From NCBI GenBank assembly GCA_040954595.2, contig CM082593.2:9681200-9745199 (forward strand): a stretch of DNA of 64,000 bases, in the 5' to 3' direction. Source of the DNA: Balanoglossus misakiensis. Its lineage: Eukaryota > Animalia > Hemichordata. The notes below the pieces were generated by a model that saw only the letters and a list, made by a program, of their open reading frames with translations, ran no database searches and was not told the DNA's origin. The translations under genes and the position numbers were made by a program. How positions within the stretch are numbered: the stretch's first letter is position 1; each line of letters begins with the position of its first letter. Below are positions 1 through 11,548 of this stretch, piece after piece.

Positions 1-214
1 AGGCGAGAAGCAACACATTTCGCCCATTAGATATACTTTCATTGAATTTATGTGGTATTGAAAGTTGAACATGGCTGGGTATATATAGGTCAATTAATTT
101 TGACAGGCTGAAGTGAAAGAAATTCATATTTTTGAAAGTAATGTTTCCCCCAAAATTATATGCATACAGATGAAGTCACTTATTTGGTTTGACTGTGATG
201 TAATATGCTCTTAC

Positions 215-3200
215 GTCTGCTATCATCTTGAAAGCCTGTGACAGTGAGGCTACCACTTCTTTCACCATTGCTGTCATAGAGCTTTATCTTGTGGATTGGT
301 AAAGCAATTGCTTCACTTCTTACTCTGTCCACACAATCTTACCAACACCTGTTGATATCACATTGTACCTTTTGCAGAGATTATGATCGGAAATGATGCA
401 GATGAGGTCCTGGTTCCTATAGAAATAAACAGGTAAGGAGATTGATCAAACATTCTTTATATAACAGTTTACACACAACACCAATGGCTAATGTAAGTAC
501 TATAATCTTGGACAATTTTTACAATATAATTTTCCAAAATAAATAAGGATTTGCATGCTGTTAAAGGGACAAAGTCTCTCTCTCTCGCTGCCCTTTTCCC
601 ATTAATATTATGTTTCATTCAAGACACTGTTTATGTTAATGTACATGTGGATATATACTGAATGAACATTCAACCACACACACCTTCCATCCCGCTTGTA
701 GACACAAGAGTGAAAAACCTTGCCAAAATGAACAATCGGTCTCTACCATTTATTCATTTTGGGCGAGTTTTTACTCTCATATACAAGCATGGTGGAACTT
801 GTGTGTGGTTGAACGTTCATTCACTACATATACACATGTACATTAACATAAATGGTGTTTTGTATCAAACACAAAAAGAAAAAGGGCAGCGAGTGAGAGA
901 CCTTTTTAGAAAGCCATAAAACATGTGGGATATCCGAGAATAGTTCTATTATTTGTAAAAATGGAGGTTGCTCGTCACAAAAAATAACAGAACCTGCTTG
1001 ACAGAAAAGTTCCATGAAAAAGACAGGGCATGTATAGATGTAATTTTTGATGCTTTGATACTATATTTTAGATTAGTTTTTCCTGTCCCAAAACACCATG
1101 CAATCTGTTGTATTATGTCTGCATATAATCAACAGTAATTGTTATTGAAAAGAAATAAAAGTGTGAGTTAAAATATTTGGGACTAAATTGCACTGCAGAT
1201 ACCTTGAAATCATCCTGGGTATCAGAGTTAAAAACTCTATTGCTTCCTCATGTCTCTGCCACAATGCACCTTCTCCTGGCAGCAAGAAATCTGCAATCCT
1301 TTCATAGTGGCTTTGCAGTAGTGTTGGTCGTCGCAGTATTTCGTACTGTATTCTGACGTTTTGGGAGCTGCTTTCCAATTTTGCTAATTTCAGATTCTAT
1401 AATTTGTGATGGATCTCTTTCTTTTGTCATCTCTTCTTCTGCACCTAGACGTATCATGGCATTACCTATGATACCACCTGGACGCTTGGAGGAAGTTGTT
1501 TTCGTCACTCTCCGTATTCGATTGAAAACTCGCTCCTGGTTTTCAGCATTTGTTGACCTCAGAGAAACCAATCTCAGTTGATCAGGTAGATGGACGGTGA
1601 TGTTATGGAAATACCGCCCGAACATCTTTCGTTTGGTAAGTTTCTTTGGCTTCTCAAATACCCTTTTGCACAATATTCCATGCAAAAATACAGTGTTATA
1701 CAATCGCAGAATCAGTCGTGGGCATCTGTCATTGTCATGTTTATAAGCAGTTTCGCTTATTTCAGCAAGCGTGTCAATAAGCTGACCATGCTCAGTATTT
1801 ATGTTGTTCTCGTGAAGATACTGGGACACCAGAAGGATAGCTTTGCGTGCATCGCATCCCCGAATTTCGTCTTTACCACCATATGTTGCCTGAATAAAGT
1901 TCTGTAACTTTACTGCTTCTTCTTTATCCTTGGTTTGTGCTGGAATTTCTTCTAACACATTGTGGATGTGTCCCTTCAGGTCACGGAGTGGCTCTGATGG
2001 CAAAATTTCATATGCAGAGCAGTTTATTTCAGCAAGATTATATTCTGGAGTGAGATGGAGCAGTGCTGGTACTCTCTGCATACCATGTAAAATTTCAGAG
2101 AGTTTAGATTGTAAGTCTGGCTTCTTTAATCCTTCAGTTTCTTCACCCCTAGCATCAAGCTCTCTCCTAAGGTCGGCCACTGTTAAGTTGGCAAATGGAT
2201 GGGGAGTTTGCCGTGACTTTTCTCTCCATATTGGGCTGCCCTTGATTAACAAGTTACGTTTCTCATCTATTGACAGATATTTCAGATGGTAACATGCAGA
2301 CAGATCATCATGTCTTCTTGACTCTATTCCACAGATGCACTGGTAGTGACCTCCTTTCTGGTGCTAATCCTCAAACTCCTGTGCCGGTCCATCGCCATGA
2401 AAAAATCGGTGGACATCTGTGTATTCCCTGGAACCTTCGTCGGATGTTATTGGTCCTGTTGCACATTTTAGATCTTCTACTCTGGTTTCAACATATGACA
2501 GCTGATCAACGTCATTGGAGTTGGATCGTCCCATTATATATAGATGTGGCTTCTCAACAAGCGAGTCAACGTTTACTTTTTTTCCGTGTTTCTCCAAGTA
2601 CTCCTCATTTGTCAGATATGTTGCCGCGTCGTATATCCAGCTCCCCATGAAGACAATGTGGGAATGGTTGCCTACAGTACTGTGGTCATGCCATATTTTG
2701 AAGTGCCGTGAGTGATGTAGTCTTTTTAATTTACTGCGCATTTCATCGATGGTTTCTCCTTCTTTCAACTCGTGTATTCTTTGTAGCTCATCCCTTATTT
2801 CTTTTTCTTCTAGGTTTTGGTAATGACCGTCGTCATACCCATACACATGGCTTCTCAGAACACCAAGCTTAATTTGTCTGTCAAGCTCTCGTTTTCGGAT
2901 TGTCTGTAAGTTTATTTTTCTAGCGTAGATTGTATAAGTTTCTTCTTTTAATTTGCCATCTTTTCCAATGGTCATCTTTTGGAACTCTTTTGGTGCTATT
3001 AATTCACCGATGTCGATTTCGCCACTTCTTATTTTTGTTTTCAATATTTCTTGCAGGGCTCTTGCTGGTCGGTGTTGAGGAAGTGACACCTCCCCCAAGA
3101 CCTTTCAATGTTTTACGGTGTACTCTTCTGACAAAATCTCGACCTTGAACCTTCTTATTGATATTGAACTTGTCAGTGTCGATGCCAGCTGAGGTTGCGT

Positions 3201-4248
3201 ACTCTTTCAGTATTTGGCCACCATTTGCAGCTGTTAGCCCGTACTTTCTCGCAAGGCTACTCCAGTTGACCTTGCCAGCATCATAATTGGAAAGTTCACT
3301 TACAAATGAGCTTTTGTCCCATTCAACAGACTCTGTTTTTACAACATGGTCTTTTGGTGTCAGCTTGTTGAGGGATTCTAGTTGTAGACGGCGATTTACT
3401 CGCTTCTTGGCAGAATCGGTAGACTCAAAGTCAACAGACCGTCAACATGATTCGTAGCAAGCAAATGACTGACCGGATCCTAGGATTGTTTTTAAATCTC
3501 CGTCATTTTTAGCGTGGGATTTTTCGATGCTTTGCTTGACATTAGTATAAAGTGCTCGTCTGTCTTTCTTTTTCTGTTCTTTGCTGATTTTTGTCTGTAG
3601 CTTGAACCCCGGAACTTTGAGAAGCGCTTCACTGGAAGGTGTTGAGTACACTTTATTGTATGACTCCTCTACTCGCTGATATAGCTGTCCGGCAGTTCTT
3701 ACGGCAGATTTAAGAGGGACAGTCAGCTTTGTCTCATGTGGATTTTGTAGTTGTTGCATCTCTCCCATTGCATCTTCAATTACCCCAACAGTAGAGAAGG
3801 GAAGACTTTTGATATGTTTCTGATAGTACTTGTTCAAAGGCAGAACATCAACATTGCTACTTTGGCACTCTTGACAGTCAAGTGCTGTGTGTAGGATTTG
3901 CCTTGATAAAGGCAGTTTTTGCCAACTAGTTGCAGAAAAATGCTGTAGAAATACTGACATTTTTCCTGGAATTCAACCATTGAACTGAAGCACTTAGTGT
4001 TTTCTCAAATCGTGGCAGTTTAAATTTAAACTGGTAACTTGCATATTTCTGCTGTTAGACATGATATCCTGATATTTGGCATACCTTTGTCCAATGGATA
4101 TGTTGTAAACAGGCATAAATCTTGATGTATTTTCAGCCTTTTCCTGAGTAGACTTTTCGGAATTAGAAAGCTCTTTTGTTGCTCTTGCAGCTATGGCCAT
4201 AAAATAACCACAGAATGCCATGATGACATGCCAACTGAACAAGTGCAT
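215..4248 (-). pseudogene. RAG1/Transib-like DDE transposase with SAP motif, disrupted by stops and frameshifts, with an intron at about 417-1202
   Basis: ORFs 3994-4248, 3442-3960, 2364-3098, 1302-2252 and 1142-1378 join through in-frame stops (3442, 2364) and frameshifts (~3095, ~1350, ~1230). Motif order matches the RAG1 core: IWHDHS, FFHGDGP, GGHYQCIC, PLRDLKGH, YFHNITVH, STNAENQE. SAP-like LTVADLRRELDARG..GLKKPDLQSKL. A GT..AG intron leads to exon 416-215 (EPGPHLHHFRS). Confidence 0.7.
565..903. mobile_element. Non-autonomous Kolobok-like MITE in the transposase intron
   Basis: TTAA|AGGGACAAAGTCTCTCTCTCTCGCTGCCC left end and a degraded inverted right end; same family as 25147-25972 and 31420-31663. 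Confidence 0.55.
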
Positions 4249-7200
4249 ACCTCCAAATAACAGCTGAAGGGATCATCTGCTGCAATTTGAATATGGCGCC
4301 AATTTTACATGAACAAAGGAAAAGTTGAACTTTGACCTTTCAAGACGCACTATTTTGATGGGGTAAAATGAAAACCATGTACTCACCAGATTGAAGTTGA
4401 AATAAAGGTTTATTTCCCTCATATAATGTTGTCATGGCTTGTTAAATAAGTGAATGAGTGACAGTAATTACTACTTGTGGCTAAAAATCATCCCAAACTG
4501 ATTGGGAATTATGTATGTTCACGATTGTCTGAACTGTAGCGACACTAAAATGATCTTGAACGCGGGCGGGCGCTAATGGTAGCGTCCATGTCAGTTGCTA
4601 GGATACGCGTATACGATCAGCTGATTTTACCCACAATGCATCACGCCAACTAAGGCATTACGTAATGGCACCCCTGGACGAGCGTCCCAGGGTAAGGATA
4701 ATTTACGAGGCGGAAAATACGAAAAATCCACCGCTAAACAGCTTTATTTTCTGACACCTCTGGTCGTAATCGAAGGTTAACATGTTCGCCCATTTCAAGA
4801 TTACGATACTGTGTTTGAAAACGAAGTTAATGATTCAGCATAACCCTATAAATGTTGGAATTTTGGCTGCCGGTCAATGGGTAGTCGATAATCTACATCG
4901 TCAAAATATTATGGCAGCGAAATACACTACAGTATGAGTCCTATCAGAGAAAGTTGACGGGTCATAAGGTGAAACTAAAAAATAATAATGGGATTGTGAG
5001 CATCTAGCGGTGGATTTTTGGCCTTCTTTTAAGAATATCATTTTCGACCCCCAAAATGCCACTATTTGTGACATGATAATAGTTTTGGAGGTTTTCTCGG
5101 AAATGTCTCATTTTATTTGCTTGTCTTGAACATGAATTACATCAACTGATTGGCTGGTGTGGTTACAATTGTTTATTATGCTCGATTAACGTATTCAGTC
5201 TGTCGATAGAGGGCGCCCACGCCTTAACGTACACGAGAATGGCGTTCCACCGGAAGTATCACCATGGTTGCCTACTTACTTCACAATTTCATTTTTATAG
5301 ATCGATCGCCAAAAATTGAGATTATCCGAATTATTTTATACGTAATCATAATTTACGCGTACAAGTGTCGTTTGTTGTTCCGAACGTATGTTCCACACGT
5401 ATGCCACGTCACGTGACAAGGACGTTAGCCAATCACATGAAGCAACATCTGCATGATACTATCGAATCAGAGCGCGAGCTCAAACGGATTAGGAGAGACA
5501 TCTTGACCGCGTCTCTGAAAAGCCAAAGGTCATTGTTTAAATGATAAAAAGGATTTAGCAAAGTTCACATCAAAATAGAGGAAAAATATGCACCTATCTA
5601 TTATGTTGTTGATTGATTCATTCCAAGGTGTACATTAAGAACTGTCCCTCATTTGACTTAATAATCCAAATTACACAAACAATAAACGCATAAATTTTAT
5701 TGTTATTAATGAAAATACTGGTAGAGTTGATAAGCTGAATACTGGACATTTAAGCATATCTCAATTTGCAAATATAGAACTGGAAGTGAACATAGTATCA
5801 ATACCCAAACAACATGAAAATCACGCACCCTTTTTTAAAACTCTAGACCAAGGTAAAATAATTGCCTGAACATTTTTCATCAGATCCCTTCTATATTTCC
5901 AAACACTTCTTGAACACAAATCCAAAATCCAATGGTCACATAATCTAATCCAAACACACCCTTCAAATAAATCTATGTCATATAATCCAATCAAAGCACA
6001 TATTTCAAATACATTTACATCCAACAATTGTGGAATTGGAAAATGTGGAATTGAAAGTCTCTAGAGCTGCCACTTTTTAGCATTAATTTCCAACTTAAAT
6101 TAGTCCATCTAAATAAGCTTACTTAGGTATACATGAACACCTTATCGATGCCCGATTATGACTGCATGTTGCAATTTGAACACTTTTGTATTAAAACGGT
6201 GCCGCACCTATTTCATCAGCCTCCATACAAACAGTACGCAGCTATCGTGGTTTGCGTCGCCAAAAGATGACAAACTGATGCAAATGCGCGTAATATGGCT
6301 TAAGTTGAGGATTTAGAGGATAGGGAATATATTTGAAGTATTTTATTGTTGAAAAATGTGAAATTTGGCAGCTATACAGGCTTTAATAGACAGGCATTGA
6401 AATGACTTTACAAACAAATTTTTCTTGAATGTTTAAGACAGACAGAATCAACCCACAGTCAGCCTCAAATATATAAACTATTACAAAATGTTAATTAAAT
6501 GGAAAATTTTGAAAAAATTTGCTTGGCCACTCATTTGATTGCATTTTTTCCATTTCATATTTTAGGCATGGTATATCAATATAATTTGTTGTGTTGTGTA
6601 TATATTATGCTTGAAAACCAATTGACGGAAATATTAATTTAGAATAATGGTTATATTTTGAGAAATCACAAAGATTTCTACATCACTCCCACATCATTGG
6701 TTGCTTAGCAACAGACATTCACCCTCCAAGCAAATTAATATCCTTTGAGAAGTATCATGTGGAGAGGATCATGCAGTCACATAATCTTTGATTTGTACCA
6801 TCCACCATTTCATTGTAGGCTTTATCATAAAGGTGTTGTTTGGATTTCTGGCAGTTTGTAAGGTGATATGAGAAATGCATTCCTTTCTGGCAAAAGACAA
6901 CAACGTGTACTGCAAATTAATAGCTGGAATCATGATGATGATGATGATGATAATAAATATTATTTTGTTAAAAACAATATTTTGAAAATAACTGTAAAAG
7001 AGATCGCCCACCGTCTCTCTCATATACAGGAGTGACGTTGTAAAGACACACAGCTCTGCCCAGCATAGCTCTGGACTTATACGCTGTTTGGGTCAACGCT
7101 GCTCTCCCTCCCCACAGCTATGGAGCCATCCATAGGAAAATCCGTTGGGTGCGGAGCAAAATGATACGCACCGATTTTCAAACAATAAACTACATGAACA

Positions 7201-7591
7201 TGTACATAATGTTGTCAGAAATAAAGATCGAACGAAAATTTCACAAATGGGAACCTACTTGACGTGTTTGTCGCCGAATCGTAAACGTCGTTAATGCAGC
7301 GCCGTAAAACTGGTGACCCTCCCATACAAACATGGACGTTCGCCTTCATTTAAGTCATGTGATCAACACGTGACACGTGTTTTACTATGCCAAGCAGAGC
7401 TACATGGTGCCTGCAATCTGCATGTGGCTAAAACGGCACATATTCTAAGTTGTGCGTTTAATGTATCAGTAGAACAATACCTTCATTTTGCAGCTGTGTT
7501 GTTTTCATGTTCGCGGAAAACTTCTTTGCCACCATCGGTTTAAAACTATGAAAGCCAGTTGGGGACATGTACATACGCAATAAATAAAAAA

Positions 7592-8035
7592 TTATCTCGA
7601 GATCTCGAGATAATTCCATTCGTTTTCCTGACTTTTTATTTTTTTATCTCGAGATCTCGAGATAATTCAAGTTCGTTTTCCTGACTTTTTATTTTTATAT
7701 CTCGAGATCTCGAGATAATTCCATTCGTTTTCCCGACTTTTTATTTTTTTATCTCGAGATCTCGAGATAATTCAAGTTCGCTTTCCTGACTTTTTATTTT
7801 TTTATCTCGAGATCTCGAGATAATGCTATTCGTTTTCCCGACTTTTTATTTTTTTATCTCGAGATCTCGAGATAATTCAAGTTCGTTTTCCTGACTTTTT
7901 ATTTTTTTATCTCGAGATCTCGAGATAATGCTATTCGTTTTCCCGACTTTTTATTTTTTTATCTCGAGATCTCGAGATAATTCAAGTTCGTTTTCCTGAC
8001 TTTTTATTTTTTTATCTCGAGATCTCGAGATAATT
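7592..8035. repeat. Left subterminal array: 9 copies of a 22-bp palindrome at 52/53-bp period
   Basis: TTATCTCGAGATCTCGAGATAA recurs at about 7594, 7646, 7699, 7751, 7804, 7856, 7909, 7961 and 8014. Confidence 0.95.
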
Positions 8036-8472
8036 CTCTCGAAAGAGGGCGGTGTGTTGGTAGGGAGACTGTCCAGAGAGGACCATGCATCGATATCGGT
8101 CCAGAGAGGGACATGCATCGATATCGGTACGGAGAATTGGCAAGCAAGCACTCAGTGTATTCAATGGTAGGAGTGATCGTCGGTTTCAGAGCTGCATGCT
8201 GCATCGTATCATCAGACTGAGTGCATGAGTCTTGGTAATTAGTTGACATTTCAACTTCGTAATATTTATAATTACTAGTTATACGTACTGGGACAAATTA
8301 CCGAAGTCTTGGCCTGAGATTACTTTCCAAGTTTGCAAGAAAACTGACTCAGTGGTAAAGTTACTAAACAATTGGTTTCAATATTATACTTTATTCATTA
8401 TCATTATACGATAATTCCTTTTATCTAATGCGACAATTAACATTCCTCCTCTATCGAACAGATAACGTCACC

Positions 8473-10426
8473 ATGGAAAGAGATGATATAATCCGTATCT
8501 ATTTCAACATGGGCTTCAACTACAGTGAAATCCTGGCTACTTTAGCTGTCAATCATAACGTTGTCATTAGTATGCGTCATCTTAAAAGATTACTGAAGAA
8601 ACTCGGACTTTTCAGACGGAAGTACCATTCAGACATCAATGAGGTAATAACATTTCTGAGAGAAGAGGTTGACAAATCTGGAAGACTCCACGGCTATCGG
8701 TGGATGCATTTAAAGTGTGTCCAGAGAGGATTGGTTATCGACAGGGAGAGTGTGCGGTTGTTACTCCAGATCATTGACCCCATAGGTGTGGAATTAAGAA
8801 AGAGACGTCGTCTACGCCGTCGCCAGTATGGGGCTCCTGGGCCGAACTATATGTGGCACCTAGATTCGTATGACAAACTTTCCCCTTACGGAATAGCAAT
8901 CAATGGGTGTATAGACGGGTTTTCCAGGCGTGTAATTTGGGCTAAAGCTTATCACACCAACAGTGATCCGAAGATTATAGCAGGGTACTTCATCAAAGAA
9001 GTTGAAAGTCTGAAATCTTGCCCCCAAAACATGCGAGCGGATAGAGGCACAGAAAATGGACATGTTGAACAGTTCCAGAAGTTTCTAACAAATGATGACA
9101 ACTGCTTTTATTATGGCAGCAGTCAACTCAACCAACGCATAGAACGATGGTGGGGTACATTTCGCCAACACTGTGGACAGTTTTGGTTGGATCTTTTCTA
9201 CAAACTAAAGGATGATGGAGTCTTCAGTGGTGATTATCTTGATAAAGATCTGGTCAGATTTTGCTTCCTGAAAATGATACAGGTAAGAAGAAGAATTTGG
9301 GACTTAAAAAATAATTGTCTTTCCTCAATCTGTTACACTATCACTTATACTGTATATACTTTAAATACTTATACAGAAAATATTGCTAGGATTGATATTA
9401 TATAGTGAAAACGTACAATACAATAAAATATAAGAAGTCCCATGTATAAACTGACTAACAATAACCCTACGCTCTTCCAAATGGGAGGAGTATAAAAAAG
9501 AACGTTTTTATGTATTGAAAAGAAAGGACTGCTCACATATTTTGGTTTAAACCTTCAAATACAAAGTAAAAAAGGCTTAAAATGTGCTGTACATGTGTTG
9601 ATATGTATCATGATGAACAAAAATCACAACCTGCAATGCATTGTGTGTGTGATTTAAGACTGTCCTTGTCTACTTATTCCAATTGTCCATTTTATGCACC
9701 TCTATCCTGCATGCATATGTTGGACAACATTTTAGACTTTCCACTCCTTCGATAAATACCTTACTATTAATCTCGGATCGAATACTGTTGGTGTGATAAG
9801 CCTCATCATAAATTACACGCCAGCTGGTAAACCCGTCTATACACCAATTGATAATCTAATATATGTAAATTGTTATAATTATAATATTTGTAATTTTATT
9901 CCATTTGTTTGGTTATATTTCACTTCAATAAATTAATTTTAGGTGTACCTTCCCGTCTGAAGAGTTCATGTAGATGAGGTGTCACCATGTATGTATCTTT
10001 TAGATATCCTATAGTACCTAGGGACTATGTTTAACTGATGCATGTATTAAACTGCTAACATTGAACTTCCTCATACATTTTATAATTCAGGATGAACTGG
10101 ATGATGCTGTAATGGAATGGAATTGTCACAGGATCAGTCGTTCACGTAACGCAGTCTCTCCCATCGGGCGACCTCACATGATGTTCTTTGTCCCGGAGAT
10201 GTATGGAAGTCATGATTTCGGATCAACTGTTTCTCAGGAACAGATTAACACATGCCGAGAGGAATGTGTGTTCAAAGGAGCGTGCCCCTGTGATGAAGAT
10301 TTATTCGAGTACTGTGTCTCATACATGGTCGACAACAATATGCATTTACCTTCTGACCCATATTCTGCTGTGGAATTGTACGTGAATCTCCGAAATTCTA
10401 TAAAATATGAATCCTTATCTGACTAG
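8473..10426 (+). CDS. IS3EU DDE transposase/integrase, two exons (8473-9282, 10091-10426), about 381 aa, apparently intact
   Basis: WHLDSYDKL..INGCIDGFSR (D), MRADRGTEN (D), NQRIERWW (E); phase-0 intron CAG|gtaag..ttcag|GAT joins to DELDDAVMEWNCHRI..GRP. Confidence 0.9.
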
Positions 10427-10953
10427 CAAGACCTTACTGTAAAAGGAAATTATTATACATCACCCAAACAACAACAACAACAATGTCACTTCCATGCAAG
10501 GAACTGGATGAATTAAAGCAAGATATTTGTCAACACAACAAAGTTTTATTAACTTTCAGAACATAATGACAATATTGTTCATCTTCAACACTGAAGTAAT
10601 ATGAAACTATGGCACAGACTTTGTGTTAATGTTAGATCTAATTCTGTAAAGTATAATACTGTCACCGCAAATAAAAGCTGAAATACAACAACTTTGTGGC
10701 TCAACTGTTTGCATCTTAAAACCACATGATGCCCAGGCTTGGTTGTAGATGTAAATATGTAAACAAACAAACAAACATGTTAATAAAGAAACTAAGTATA
10801 CAGACAATAAGTGACAAGTAAAGCACTGATCTTCTTTGGTAGAGTGGAACCGAGACTACTCCTAGTTGTTTGTTTACATTATATGTACACCAATAACCAA
10901 GCCTGGTCATCCTGTGCTTTCACCATTATGTCACACACTGTGTCACATAGTAA

Positions 10954-11160
10954 CTGAATAAGTAACTGAATAACTCCCCACAACAGGCTGAATAAGTAAC
11001 TGAATAACTCCCCACAACAGGCTGAATAAGTAACTGAATAACTCCCCACAACAGGCTGAATAAGTAACTGAATAACTCCCCACAACAGGCTGAATAAGTA
11101 ACTGAATAACTCCCCACAACAGGCTGAATAAGTAACTGAATAACTCCCCACAACAGGCTG
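10954..11160. repeat. 34-bp minisatellite, about 6 copies, between the two convergent genes
   Basis: CTGAATAAGTAACTGAATAACTCCCCACAACAGG repeated perfectly. Confidence 0.95.
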
Positions 11161-11548
11161 CAATAACACATCAAGTATTTAGCTTCTCCATATATTAGAT
11201 AATATGTGTAAACATTTAACGTAATCAATGATAAAACAATTTGTAGGAAATATGACAGTAAATGGCAACTGTATGAACATTTAAAGAAAACACTGAAAAT
11301 AGTGCAAAGTTACAGGCGCATCCCTTAATGAATCCACATAAATTCACCTCTTCCATGCAGCAAAGAGGTGACTTCTGACACGTCAGGTTCATCATTGACA
11401 TAATCATTACTTTGCATACCAAGTGACTTTACACAAGTATTCCCTGTATTCTTTCTATCAATGTAAGCCAAACACAACAATATTGTCCCTTTAATTCATG
11501 TAATAACTCACCATTGCTGTTCTACCAATGGAAACAATATCAATGGTC

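Noticed and set aside
5821-6027. Possible LINE 3' remnant or small ORF
   Set aside because: No recognisable motif; too short to support.
7592-8035. CRISPR-like array of palindromic repeats
   Set aside because: The spacers are near-identical, the array is mirrored at the other transposon end, there are no cas genes and the context is eukaryotic.
8428-9405. Bacterial IS3 or retroviral integrase, or contamination
   Set aside because: The gene has a spliceosomal intron and long TIRs with a 6-bp TSD; no LTRs or RT are attached.
10879-11228. Repetitive ORFs here and at 7951-8249 and 14201-14439
   Set aside because: Translations of mini- and microsatellites.
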